A stretch of DNA of 58,212 nt from a virus (taxonomy: Duplodnaviria; Caudoviricetes): positions 1 to 58,212 of the IMG/VR virus record IMGVR_UViG_3300030103_003525; one strand, 5' to 3'. Positions 10,113 to 18,704 of the stretch are shown one piece after another. Position 1 is the first letter of the stretch; each line of letters begins with the position of its first letter. Made by a program: the position numbers and the translations under genes. Under the pieces are notes generated by a model, which was not told where the DNA came from, did no database searches, and was given only the letters and a program-made list of their open reading frames with translations.

Positions 10113-12233
10113 TTAACGCTTAATTGGGCGTACTTTCCTAAAAAACACCTTGCTTTCAAAGTCTGTTTTAATTTTTTGTTTAACATTTTTTTGTGCTGCC
10201 ATAAGAGCTAATCCACTAGATATTGATAAGTCAAATTTAGTACGATCATCTATCTTAAAGTTAATCCAATCTTCTAAAGTTCTATTAAAATACATATTTC
10301 CATAGTTCCCAGTCTCGTGATGTACACCTACGTGGTCGTGAATATACGCCTCAATCGCCTGAGCGTGAGCCTGTATGATATCTTGAGAGTTAGAAGGTAT
10401 GCCTTTTGTCTTTGTCTTTATGTGGTTTGACGCTACGCCTAGATGAGCGGGCCTATCCATAAGATATCCATCATAACCCCTTGACTCAAAATATCTTGCA
10501 ATACCATATTTATTATTCTCTATGAGTATTGGATAACCATAAAACTTAGCAGCCATAAGAATATCTTCATAGAATATTTTTGCTAATGGAGGTCTACTTG
10601 CATACTCAGCAACGAACATATTTGAAGGATGTTGTATAGAAAATTTATTGTAAATATGACAAGCTCCTTTTGAAGATCTGTAGTCAACAGTAGTATCTAT
10701 ATCATATGAGTCAACACCTCCACACCCTAACGTTTGATTGGGAGGGACAATCTTGTTGTTTTCTACTTTTCTTAAATTTCTCAGATCTGCTGGAGGTAAC
10801 CAGCTTATTCTCCATCGACCATTAACATCAGGTTTAAATAGAACCTTTGTGTCTTGCTTGCCGTTCTCCCAAACAAAGTTACCTACGACAATTGGATTTG
10901 GATACAGATCATCGTTATACTGAGTCTGCTCATAAATCTTTTGTATGTTAAACAAGCTACTCTTTGTAGAATCTCTAAACGCCTCCTCTTCAGTAAAAGG
11001 AAACTGTCTGATTATTTCGTTAAGTTCATAGCTGTTATGTTGTTGGCCCTTGCGTTCATTTTTCAAAAAAGTCTTAGCACCTATCTCCGTAGGAGTTCCA
11101 TCTTCGGTAAGAACCATAGACTCTGGGTCATCGATTATAGGATTACCGTACTGATCAAAGAATCCTTCTAGTGCCTCATAAGCGGGAATGAATATTGAGT
11201 AAAGACCACTCTTTGTTCTTCCGTTTTCGTTTCTATCTAAAGGATCTGAATCTTTATATAAGTCTCTGTATTCACGACCCCCTTTATCTAACGGATTTAC
11301 TGTAGATCCTACTAACGATTTACCTATAACTCTTCTACCTACCAAAAGACAAGTTCTGTGTATTCTCCACACCTCTCGTATATCAATGCCTTTCTCAAAC
11401 TTACCCGCCTCATCTAAGAATAAAAGGTGAGTCTTTGATCCGTCATATGCATTACTAACAGTATTCTTCCAATTTATTATTGTATCTAAAGCTTCGCCCT
11501 TTTGAACACTCTTGTTCTTTTTTGTAATCCTCTTTGAAGGCTCTCTGAATGCTAACTCTTGACGAGGATTTGTTGTACCATCAAGAATAGGCTGAAAGAA
11601 AAATGGATAAGACTTGTATATAGGGATCACCTTACTTGAGAATACTGCCGACTGAGCATCCGTTCCAGTTTTACTCATTATACCTAACAGCTTTTCTTTT
11701 ACCTGAGTAGCTTCGTTTACCATTATGCTAGAACTCATATTTGTGTACCCGGATCTTCTACACTTAGTGTATATCTGACCCATACATCTTGGATCAGCCT
11801 CGCAAGCAGAGAAGTGAATAAACAGCCTTCTTTGAAATTCTAAATAACTAGGATATCCGATATCTATCTTACTCCATTGCAAAAACATATAGTGATGACC
11901 AGTAATGTATGTTGGAACACCATTATTGTAAAACCAAACACCTTCTCTTCGTCTTCTAAACTCTTGCTCTATGTATGGAGCATACTTTTGTTGGAATTCT
12001 TTAGGAGCTGAATACCAATCTTCCATAGAAGTTACAGTATTTAAATCTTTAGGCATATCATACCTTCTCCAATGCTGATCTTTTTTTGGGAGGTCGTGAA
12101 ATAGTATGTCTTTCTTTTTAGGTTTCTTTGGTAATTGTATGTTTAAACAAGCAATTTCTTCTATGTCTCCTTCCGTATCATTGAAACATACATTAACAAT
12201 AGCTTGATCGTCTATAATTTTAAGACCCGCCAT
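10113..12233 (-). CDS. terL: Terminase large subunit
   Basis: Walker A-like KCRRSGYT, Walker B LFLDEAGK, GSTVN coupling motif and RNase H-like nuclease motif GVDSYD. Confidence 0.92.
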   Translation of the reverse strand: MAGLKIIDDQAIVNVCFNDTEGDIEEIACLNIQLPKKPKKKDILFHDLPKKDQHWRRYDMPKDLNTVTSMEDWYSAPKEFQQKYAPYIEQEFRRRREGVWFYNNGVPTYITGHHYMFLQWSKIDIGYPSYLEFQRRLFIHFSACEADPRCMGQIYTKCRRSGYTNMSSSIMVNEATQVKEKLLGIMSKTGTDAQSAVFSSKVIPIYKSYPFFFQPILDGTTNPRQELAFREPSKRITKKNKSVQKGEALDTIINWKNTVSNAYDGSKTHLLFLDEAGKFEKGIDIREVWRIHRTCLLVGRRVIGKSLVGSTVNPLDKGGREYRDLYKDSDPLDRNENGRTKSGLYSIFIPAYEALEGFFDQYGNPIIDDPESMVLTEDGTPTEIGAKTFLKNERKGQQHNSYELNEIIRQFPFTEEEAFRDSTKSSLFNIQKIYEQTQYNDDLYPNPIVVGNFVWENGKQDTKVLFKPDVNGRWRISWLPPADLRNLRKVENNKIVPPNQTLGCGGVDSYDIDTTVDYRSSKGACHIYNKFSIQHPSNMFVAEYASRPPLAKIFYEDILMAAKFYGYPILIENNKYGIARYFESRGYDGYLMDRPAHLGVASNHIKTKTKGIPSNSQDIIQAHAQAIEAYIHDHVGVHHETGNYGNMYFNRTLEDWINFKIDDRTKFDLSISSGLALMAAQKNVKQKIKTDFESKVFFRKVRPIKR

Positions 12234-12556
12234 TATTTTTTAACGAATTTTTCTGCAAAGCCACCTCGATAATCTATCTCTTTAGATATTTCACCATTAT
12301 CTCCTAATGATGACACTAATTCCTCTAACTTTTGACGCTCTATAATTAACTCCTTACAAGCCAATGCAGTATCCTTGATGGCTTGAAGTTCTGCTTTACG
12401 TGCAGACCCCGTAAGATCTTGATCTACAGGCTTTTGTATTTCTGAAGTCATATTCTTAATTGCTGACTCCATAGCTTTAATTAAATCTACTGATGCTTTA
12501 GCTGTTGTAAATTTTACTTTTCTACTATTGTTAGATTTTGAATTAGCACTCTCCAT
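12233..12556 (-). CDS. Putative terminase small subunit
   Basis: 107-aa helical protein translationally coupled to terL; positional inference only. Confidence 0.45.
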   Translation of the reverse strand: MESANSKSNNSRKVKFTTAKASVDLIKAMESAIKNMTSEIQKPVDQDLTGSARKAELQAIKDTALACKELIIERQKLEELVSSLGDNGEISKEIDYRGGFAEKFVKK

Positions 12557-13092
12557 AGTTTTTTATCATCAATTTGCATTTCATAGTCGGAGTTTTTCGT
12601 AAACCAAACGACATCTCCTATTTTTAACCCTAGCTCTTTTATCTTATCACTAGCGTACATAATTTTTCCTTTATAGTTTACCTCTTCTTCAAAAGATACA
12701 AGTTCAAGGATATCACTTTTTAGTTTAGGCTCTGGCTTTATAGGATCTAAAAATACCCAATCATCTAAAGCTATTATTTCATTGGTGTCTTTTTTCTTCA
12801 CAATATAAGATTGTGTAGAGTGACCACCGTCTGGACTGTAGTTAACCTGATACAAGTCATTCTTCTCATCAATAACTTGAGGTGTTATTACAACGTGATG
12901 ATGAAAGTAAAGTGTGTCTCCAACAGCTACCTGCGTTTTGTACTTCTCCGGGATGCCAACGACTTCACCTTCCATAACCCTATGCTCAAACTCATTGAAC
13001 TTAGTTTCGATATATATCTCAACGTCTCCTATCTTTTTAGTCTCGTTCACTTTCTTAGGAACGTAAACAACAAAATTACTTAGTGGTCTCAT
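12514..13092 (-). CDS. Tandem GroES-like co-chaperonin
   Basis: Two GroES-like repeats: MRPLSNFVVY..GEVVGIP..VAVGDTLYF and IIALDDWVFLDP..GKIMYA..LKIGDVVWF. Confidence 0.65.
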   Translation of the reverse strand: MRPLSNFVVYVPKKVNETKKIGDVEIYIETKFNEFEHRVMEGEVVGIPEKYKTQVAVGDTLYFHHHVVITPQVIDEKNDLYQVNYSPDGGHSTQSYIVKKKDTNEIIALDDWVFLDPIKPEPKLKSDILELVSFEEEVNYKGKIMYASDKIKELGLKIGDVVWFTKNSDYEMQIDDKKLWRVLIQNLTIVEK

Positions 13093-13328
13093 CAGAAGTT
13101 ACAATCAAATTCAAGTAATACGGGCGCGTTTTCTACAGCCTTCCATAAAGCTAAGTCTCCATTCTGATCTTTGATATAAATGACGTATCGTCTTTCTTTA
13201 TATCTGTCTAAATGTTTTCTATCTAATAAGATGGCGTTTACTTCGCCAGCTCCAGCTTTCTGACCTACATAGTAAGCCATCGCTTTAAGTGGGTCGTTAC
13301 CCACGATAATTTTACGAATGATTTCCAT
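13092..13328 (-). CDS. Hypothetical phage protein
   Basis: 78 aa (IIRKIIVGNDPLKAMAYYVGQ), coupled to the GroES-like gene. Confidence 0.75.
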   Translation of the reverse strand: MEIIRKIIVGNDPLKAMAYYVGQKAGAGEVNAILLDRKHLDRYKERRYVIYIKDQNGDLALWKAVENAPVLLEFDCNF

Positions 13329-13340
13329 TTCAATTTAAAT

Positions 13341-13646
13341 TTAAGCATCTCCACCTTCTCTGTTTAGCCAGTAGTCTATATTACTAAAGTCATCATCGCC
13401 TTTATCATATGAGCCTGCTATATGAGACATCAAAGAAGCTAATTCACTTTCATTATCGACAAAGATACTAGAAATAGCATTTACCTTATAGCGTAGTGGA
13501 GAAATGTCTTCTTCTATAATACCAACGCACATTACAGACATAAAGTCTTTCTTTAGACCGTAATCTTCAGCTAGGTCTTCTATATCCTCAAACTTCTCTC
13601 TAACCTTTATAAAAAATTCAAGCTTGTTTTCTTCTTCTTTATTCAT
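13341..13646 (-). CDS. Hypothetical acidic protein
   Basis: 101 aa, in operon with coupled start/stop. Confidence 0.7.
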   Translation of the reverse strand: MNKEEENKLEFFIKVREKFEDIEDLAEDYGLKKDFMSVMCVGIIEEDISPLRYKVNAISSIFVDNESELASLMSHIAGSYDKGDDDFSNIDYWLNREGGDA

Positions 13647-14620
13647 TATGATGCATTCAAAAGCAATTTAACGCTTGCTCTAAAATACATAGTTTCTCCC
13701 ACTGAATTGCTTGCCCTAATATGAAACAAACCAGCATCATCAATATATACTACAGTAAAAGTAAATTCTGAAGTTGTAGATGTTCCTAATTGAACCAAAA
13801 CAGAATCTGAAAAAGCTGGATTTACAGTTGCATCTTGAGTATTCCATACAGCAGCTAATGTTCCTACTCTTTTTCTAGTTTCACCTGAATTATATATAAC
13901 ATAATCAATTATTGCTCCTCTAGTACTTAAGTTAGGAACTGTAAATAAACTTTGATTTGTTGCCGAATTTGCTATAGTTGCACTTTCAGAGCTTAAGGCT
14001 GTAGAGGCAGATCCTGAGCTTGGCTCTCTTATAACAAAACTATTACCACCATAAAACAAAGTTGATGTGCTAAATGTAAATAAAGAAGAACCACTAAGAG
14101 ATCCTGAATTATTAAACTGTATTTGAGTGTTGCTACCACCAGCGGCTGCTGTAACTCCTGTAGTTACATAATCTTTTAAGTCTTGAATGGTTATATACTT
14201 ATGAGCTGTTGCGCTTGCGTCATATATAAAGAAGCTATCAGCTATAGCTACAGTAGACTCTGTTAGTTGACTTAATGTTGTTGGAGCGTTTAGGGATATA
14301 ACATTACTTCCTGATACAGCAATGGGAGCTGTTCCAGAATTAGATTCTCCAGTAGTGAACGCAGCAGAACCTAAAGTTCTTTTTACAACATTGTTATTTG
14401 AATCTAACAGCAGAGCAGAAACTTCCGAACTCCCAGTAGAGGGCGCAGTTCCAAATTTTAATGTGCCAGCTACCTCAACGGTTGATGAAGATATTTTAAG
14501 AGCGGAATCGTTTCCCGCCCCATCTTCTACCACCTTAGTAGAAGTAGTTATCACACCACTCTCTAGTTTTAAGAGAGATGTGTAGGCATCTTTTACCTTT
14601 GTTCCTGCAAGTGTTCCCAT
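13646..14620 (-). CDS. Structural protein, probably a short fibre or decoration protein
   Basis: 324 aa, Ser/Thr-rich, with GGSNTQIQFNNSG fibre-like repeat and a beta-rich C-terminus. Confidence 0.6.
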   Translation of the reverse strand: MGTLAGTKVKDAYTSLLKLESGVITTSTKVVEDGAGNDSALKISSSTVEVAGTLKFGTAPSTGSSEVSALLLDSNNNVVKRTLGSAAFTTGESNSGTAPIAVSGSNVISLNAPTTLSQLTESTVAIADSFFIYDASATAHKYITIQDLKDYVTTGVTAAAGGSNTQIQFNNSGSLSGSSLFTFSTSTLFYGGNSFVIREPSSGSASTALSSESATIANSATNQSLFTVPNLSTRGAIIDYVIYNSGETRKRVGTLAAVWNTQDATVNPAFSDSVLVQLGTSTTSEFTFTVVYIDDAGLFHIRASNSVGETMYFRASVKLLLNAS

Positions 14621-14627
14621 AATAAAG

Positions 14628-14645
14628 TACTTTTGTACAAAGATA
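14628..14645. promoter_or_regulatory. Face-to-face -7 elements: TACTTTTG (+, 14628-14635) and TATCTTTG (-, 14645-14638)
   Basis: Both match TAnnTTTG and lie in the 43-bp gap between divergent genes. Confidence 0.55.
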
Positions 14646-14663
14646 CATTTAATTCAATTCATT

Positions 14664-15287
14664 ATGGGATCTAAACGAATCCACAAAAAAGAAGACAAGA
14701 AGTTTCGTGATTTCTTATATCTGGACAATAAACCAGACTCTCCTGCTAAGTTTTACTATATAGCTATACGATGGGCTAGAAAAAACTCTACACTAAAGCC
14801 TAGACAGATAGAAGCCCTGTTCTTTATGCACGACCTAGAGTTCTTTACTTGCCAATGGTTAGGTAAACAGTTAAAGGTCAGTTACTTCCAAACTAAGGAT
14901 AAACTGATAGGCCCACTAGTGCGTGACGGCTACTTATTTAAGTACTTTGATAGAAGAGCTGTTGGGTATGAAGATGACAGTATGTGGTTTAGAGATGAGA
15001 ATAGATTTAACTATAGAGTAAGATACTCTCTGACTCAGAAGTCAAAGCTGTTCATTGCAAAGATGTATAGAATTATGGCTGGAGAAGTAAAGGTAGAAAC
15101 AGACTATAACGAATCCACCATTGCTAGGGACAGACCCGATAAATCAAAGGGTGGCCCTAGAAAGGTTAAGAAGAAAAGACTCAAAGGTTTTGAGGACTCT
15201 CCTTTAGGTAAAAAGATTATTTCGAATCAGAATGCTTATCGACAACACGAAAAGGCATCTCAAGAGCAGCACCCTTATGAGGAATAA
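14664..15287 (+). CDS. Winged helix-turn-helix (MarR-like) DNA-binding protein
   Basis: LKPRQIEALFFM..LGKQLKVS..LIGPLVRDGYL..RYSLTQK pattern; lies against the direction of the late arm. Confidence 0.55.
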   Translation: MGSKRIHKKEDKKFRDFLYLDNKPDSPAKFYYIAIRWARKNSTLKPRQIEALFFMHDLEFFTCQWLGKQLKVSYFQTKDKLIGPLVRDGYLFKYFDRRAVGYEDDSMWFRDENRFNYRVRYSLTQKSKLFIAKMYRIMAGEVKVETDYNESTIARDRPDKSKGGPRKVKKKRLKGFEDSPLGKKIISNQNAYRQHEKASQEQHPYEE

Positions 15288-15393
15288 ACTTTCCCTTGTG
15301 CTTCATTAAAGAATATCTTCCGCCTTCTGACATCCAGTGGTATCCCTCTGGAGACTTTACCATTTTTTTAGTTTCTCTTTTTTTTGTTTTCAT
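15217..15393 (-). CDS. Small basic protein, 58 aa (not in ORF track)
   Basis: MKTKKRETKKMVKSPEGYHWMSEGGRYSLMKHKGKFIPHKGAALEMPFRVVDKHSDSK; starts 2 nt after the upstream stop. Confidence 0.7.
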   Translation of the reverse strand: MKTKKRETKKMVKSPEGYHWMSEGGRYSLMKHKGKFIPHKGAALEMPFRVVDKHSDSK

Positions 15394-15395
15394 AA

Positions 15396-15995
15396 TTATC
15401 TAGTTGCGGCCCTAAACTCTCTAATATACTGTTCGGGCGTTTTGTTATCATATTCTGCATTTGCCCCATAAAAGGTAGGCAACGCTTCAGCCATAGACAT
15501 ACCATCTCTCATTACGTCTCCCATAAGAATCCTTGTTCCTTGCCTTCCAAGAAAATTACTTAATGCGGCAAGCTCTGTAGGGGTATAAGTTAATTTATCT
15601 CCAAGCTGAGGTTTGTATTCATTATATATATCTACACCGTCTTGAAGAAGTCCTGTTCTTTTTTTCCTAAACATATCTGGATTACCCATAAGTCTTTCTT
15701 CCCATACTCTATTTTGAAGCTCTATGTTTCTGGCAAAATCATCTCTAGTTACTCCTTTTAACATCTCAGAGTCCTTTATTTCTTTAAACAGCTGACCATA
15801 TAAACCTGTGGCAGAAGTTTGTGGGTTCTTCATAAGAATACCATTAAGACTTTCAACAGCCATCACTCCCTTTTGTAGCTTTTCTCTGTCTACTTCTATA
15901 TCAAATTTTGGAACATCAGGAATTTTTCCGCCATCAATATATCTTTTTATCTTAATACCCGGCAGAATTTTCCTTTTTTTCTTTTTAGTCTTCAT
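15396..15995 (-). CDS. Lysozyme-like (lytic transglycosylase-like) protein
   Basis: VMAVES.NG...NPQTSATGLYGQL resembles the SLT catalytic ES and GLxQ motifs. Confidence 0.55.
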   Translation of the reverse strand: MKTKKKKRKILPGIKIKRYIDGGKIPDVPKFDIEVDREKLQKGVMAVESLNGILMKNPQTSATGLYGQLFKEIKDSEMLKGVTRDDFARNIELQNRVWEERLMGNPDMFRKKRTGLLQDGVDIYNEYKPQLGDKLTYTPTELAALSNFLGRQGTRILMGDVMRDGMSMAEALPTFYGANAEYDNKTPEQYIREFRAATR

Positions 15996-16311
15996 CTGCG
16001 TAGAAACAAGCCTTTACTTTATAATGGGTAGGTGTCATATTACCAGCTTTAACAGCGGCCTTTACAGCTTTAGTAGCCTCCTCTAATGTGTCAGCCTTTA
16101 CCATAACCATCTGCTCATTGCTCATATAACCTCCTTTGTCATACTCCATATAGCCACCGCCACCATACTCAACCATTCCTCCGCCTTCATATTCTTTAGA
16201 CAGCATCTTCTTTGCCATCTCTCTTTGCTTAGGATCTTCAAGTAAAGCTTTTAGCATACCACCAGAAGCATACTCCATCATTCCACCTTTTCCGTACTTC
16301 TTAATCTTCAT
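15985..16311 (-). CDS. Hypothetical protein with YxxGG repeats
   Basis: YGKGG, YASGG, YEGGG, YGGGG and YDKGG in 108 aa. Confidence 0.7.
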   Translation of the reverse strand: MKIKKYGKGGMMEYASGGMLKALLEDPKQREMAKKMLSKEYEGGGMVEYGGGGYMEYDKGGYMSNEQMVMVKADTLEEATKAVKAAVKAGNMTPTHYKVKACFYADED

Positions 16312-16771
16312 AATTCAAATATTTAGTTTTTCCGTTTTTCTTTACTGCCTTAAGTATTTGTTTTCTGTTCTTACCATAGTTATATGATACGTGTACCCAA
16401 TCGGGGCATTCCTCCGAACCGAATTCCCAAATTAATTGATCAAACACAAAATTATCTTTTATATTATGAAATACTTCAGCATTCTTATAATCACACTCCC
16501 CTGTGCATATATCTATATCAGCCGCAGCTCCCTTGATAGCACAATGCTGTGAGGTAGCACTTCCACCTATTGCAGTATTCAAAGCAGGACTTCTATATCC
16601 ACTTGTAATAACAATAGGCCCCATAAGATCTCTTAAGGGTTGTAATACTTTTTCACATAGTTCTGCTAGGTTTTCTATTTGCTGTTCATCGGGTGTATTA
16701 TCTATGTCTCTACGCTTAGCCGTAACAGACCTAGTCATCTCCTTTAATGTAAAGTTTTTACTTAGCTTCAT
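16301..16771 (-). CDS. Peptidase M15A family endolysin
   Basis: ITSGYRS..LN.AIGG...SQH...AADI...WVHVS zinc-binding motifs. Confidence 0.9.
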   Translation of the reverse strand: MKLSKNFTLKEMTRSVTAKRRDIDNTPDEQQIENLAELCEKVLQPLRDLMGPIVITSGYRSPALNTAIGGSATSQHCAIKGAAADIDICTGECDYKNAEVFHNIKDNFVFDQLIWEFGSEECPDWVHVSYNYGKNRKQILKAVKKNGKTKYLNYED

Positions 16772-16778
16772 AATAAGA

Positions 16779-16798
16779 CAAAGATAAACCTATATTTG
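16779..16798. promoter_or_regulatory. Back-to-back -7 elements for the endolysin (TATCTTTG, -) and HNH gene (TATATTTG, +)
   Basis: 16779-16786 lies 7 nt before the endolysin ATG; 16791-16798 lies 5 nt before ATG 16804. Confidence 0.6.
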
Positions 16799-16803
16799 CT
16801 TTG

Positions 16804-17082
16804 ATGGGAGACCAACAAGAAACAAGTAATGATAAAAGAAGAAGGGTTAAGCGGGAATATAGAAACAGAAAGAGAAAAAGATTAGAGAATTATAAAAAGA
16901 CATTGAAGTGTGAGATCTGTGGAGAGAGCCATACTCGATGTTTAGAATTCCACCACATAGACCCTTCCACTAAAAGAGGACACATAGCCGACTTAATTAA
17001 AGACTGTTCTTTTGATTTAGTTATGGATGAGATAAGTAAGTGCAGAGTTCTCTGCGCTAACTGCCATAGAAAGGAGCATTAA
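16804..17082 (+). CDS. HNH endonuclease
   Basis: CEICG..LEFHH..CRVLCANCHRKEH; ATG 16804 preferred over TTG 16801. Confidence 0.9.
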   Translation: MGDQQETSNDKRRRVKREYRNRKRKRLENYKKTLKCEICGESHTRCLEFHHIDPSTKRGHIADLIKDCSFDLVMDEISKCRVLCANCHRKEH

Positions 17083-17110
17083 GAGATTTACTTAAAGTAT
17101 TACTTTAGGG

Positions 17111-17141
17111 TTGCATCTTAACTTTTTTTGTTGTAACTTCG
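17111..17141 (+). promoter_or_regulatory. Putative -33/-7 promoter (TTG ... TAACTTCG) with no downstream ORF
   Basis: TTG at 17111 and TAACTTCG at 17134-17141; the same arrangement occurs at 21151/21175-21182 ahead of a gene. Confidence 0.45.
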
Positions 17142-17144
17142 TCT

Positions 17145-17286
17145 AAGTACTGCGAGGTATCAACGATACTCAATACTTCACGTAATGAACTATTTCGTCT
17201 CGCCATACGAAACTCTCAACTTAAATACTACTGAAGTGCGGGGTTCTCAAAACCCCAAGCACGAAAGGACAGAACACTAAGTGAGA
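17145..17286 (+). ncRNA. Candidate multi-stem small RNA
   Basis: Four complementary stem sets directly after the putative promoter (see findings). Confidence 0.35.
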
Positions 17287-17806
17287 CTCCATTCCAATTT
17301 GTATACGGGCGTATTATATTCATAATTTTGCTGTTAACCCATTGATATTTAACAGCTCTATCACAAGAAATATCTGGCCTTTTGCCGTTCCCCGAAAATT
17401 TTCTGAGAAATGTTTAGAAGGGGGATTATATGGGTATTGCAGCGGCTTCGATTGCAAACCGAAACTGTTTTCCAGACCCCACCCCTTTCGCCTTAATCCA
17501 AATGCGTCAAAATATCCTAAGTTTTTGATAGATCATCAGTCTGCAACTGACTACTATCTGTACTAACTAGTTCTTGCTATTTGAAATAATTTATTAGTCA
17601 GCAAAGCTCACGTAATAATCCCTCCACTAATTACCCCTATATATATATTACAGCTCAAGGGATACTATCGGATGCACTTGTGTAAATCTGTTGCAATATG
17701 TAAGCTGTTGATTATCAAGTTGCGATACATATGTTGTTAACAATTTGTTTATTAAATTACATTTAGTTATATTAGCAAGATATTAATCAAACAAACAACA
17801 CAAATT

Positions 17807-18151
17807 ATGAAAATTCTAAATAACGATCAGAAAATAAGAAAAGGACACAAAAACGTTCAGAACTTAGGAAATTTAGCTAGTACTGCTTTAATTGTAGAGC
17901 TTGAAAACATAATTAAAAAGAGAATTGAAGAGGTTAAATCTGTTATTAAAAACAATGAATCGGCAACTACAAAAGAGCCTTATAAAACAGAGTGGGTAGA
18001 TTTTGATGGTGGAAAGATTTTAAAATCTACAAGGACTGATTTCAAATGCTGTAATGATCTTGTTAGAATAGGTATGTCAAGCAATGAGGAAACACTTGAG
18101 GTTTTAGATACGTTTTTACGAGCAATAAACCTTGAAAAAGGGCCATTTTAA
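17807..18151 (+). CDS. Early hypothetical protein
   Basis: 114 aa, first gene of the rightward arm; CAACACAAATTATG leader. Confidence 0.8.
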   Translation: MKILNNDQKIRKGHKNVQNLGNLASTALIVELENIIKKRIEEVKSVIKNNESATTKEPYKTEWVDFDGGKILKSTRTDFKCCNDLVRIGMSSNEETLEVLDTFLRAINLEKGPF

Positions 18152-18158
18152 ATGCGTA

Positions 18159-18209
18159 GACTAACTGATGAGGATTTAATATCCGAAACGCTGTGACAGC
18201 GTCTTAGTC
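18159..18209 (+). ncRNA. Type I hammerhead ribozyme
   Basis: Stem I GACTAA/TTAGTC, core CTGATGA, stem II GGAT-ttaat-ATCC, GAAA, stem III ACGCTG-tga-CAGCGT, GUC triplet with predicted cleavage after 18203; intergenic. Confidence 0.9.
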
Positions 18210-18236
18210 AAACAAATAAAGTAAAACAACACAATT

Positions 18237-18569
18237 ATGAAGTACACTTGGAACGATCACACTTTAGAATCATTCAAAGAAATGATCCCAAAAATAAATG
18301 TAGGAGAAATGATTATTAATATAATTTTCTTTGTAAAAAATCACTGTCAATTAGAAGATGGAGACACTAATGAAATGTTAGTGGCAGATTTACTAAATCA
18401 AGTCTATAATGGAGAAATAGATGAAGATTATGTAGATTTTGTATTTGAGGATTCAGTAATTAAAAATCCATATTATGATGAAAGCGGAAGGTTTAATGTA
18501 AATCCAATAGAATATTATGGTGAATATTATTTGAATGCAATAAACCGATTAACTCGCCTTCTAACGTAG
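18237..18569 (+). CDS. Early hypothetical protein
   Basis: 110 aa, acidic; CAACACAATTATG leader. Confidence 0.8.
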   Translation: MKYTWNDHTLESFKEMIPKINVGEMIINIIFFVKNHCQLEDGDTNEMLVADLLNQVYNGEIDEDYVDFVFEDSVIKNPYYDESGRFNVNPIEYYGEYYLNAINRLTRLLT

Positions 18570-18572
18570 TTT

Positions 18573-18690
18573 TTTGTTTGGTTCTGCCATCAGTCTGCAT
18601 AGAGATATGCGGACTTTTGGTGGTAAATGGTGACCGGGTAGCAAATCACTGGATGGTCCAGAGTCCCCGGAAATTATAAACTAAAACAAA
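18573..18690 (+). ncRNA. Candidate structured intergenic RNA (GNRA hairpin plus possible pseudoknot)
   Basis: GC-rich island in an AT-rich context with extensive base-pairing potential (see findings). Confidence 0.45.
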
Positions 18691-18704
18691 TAAGCAACAC
18701 AATT

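Noticed and set aside
17342-17566. 74-aa ORF in the divergence region
   Set aside because: TTG start, atypical composition and no A-rich leader; probably non-coding.
18629-18670. Assignment as an HDV-like/theta, twister or pistol ribozyme
   Set aside because: The required P3/L3 and catalytic-core residues could not be matched; kept only as an unnamed structured RNA candidate.
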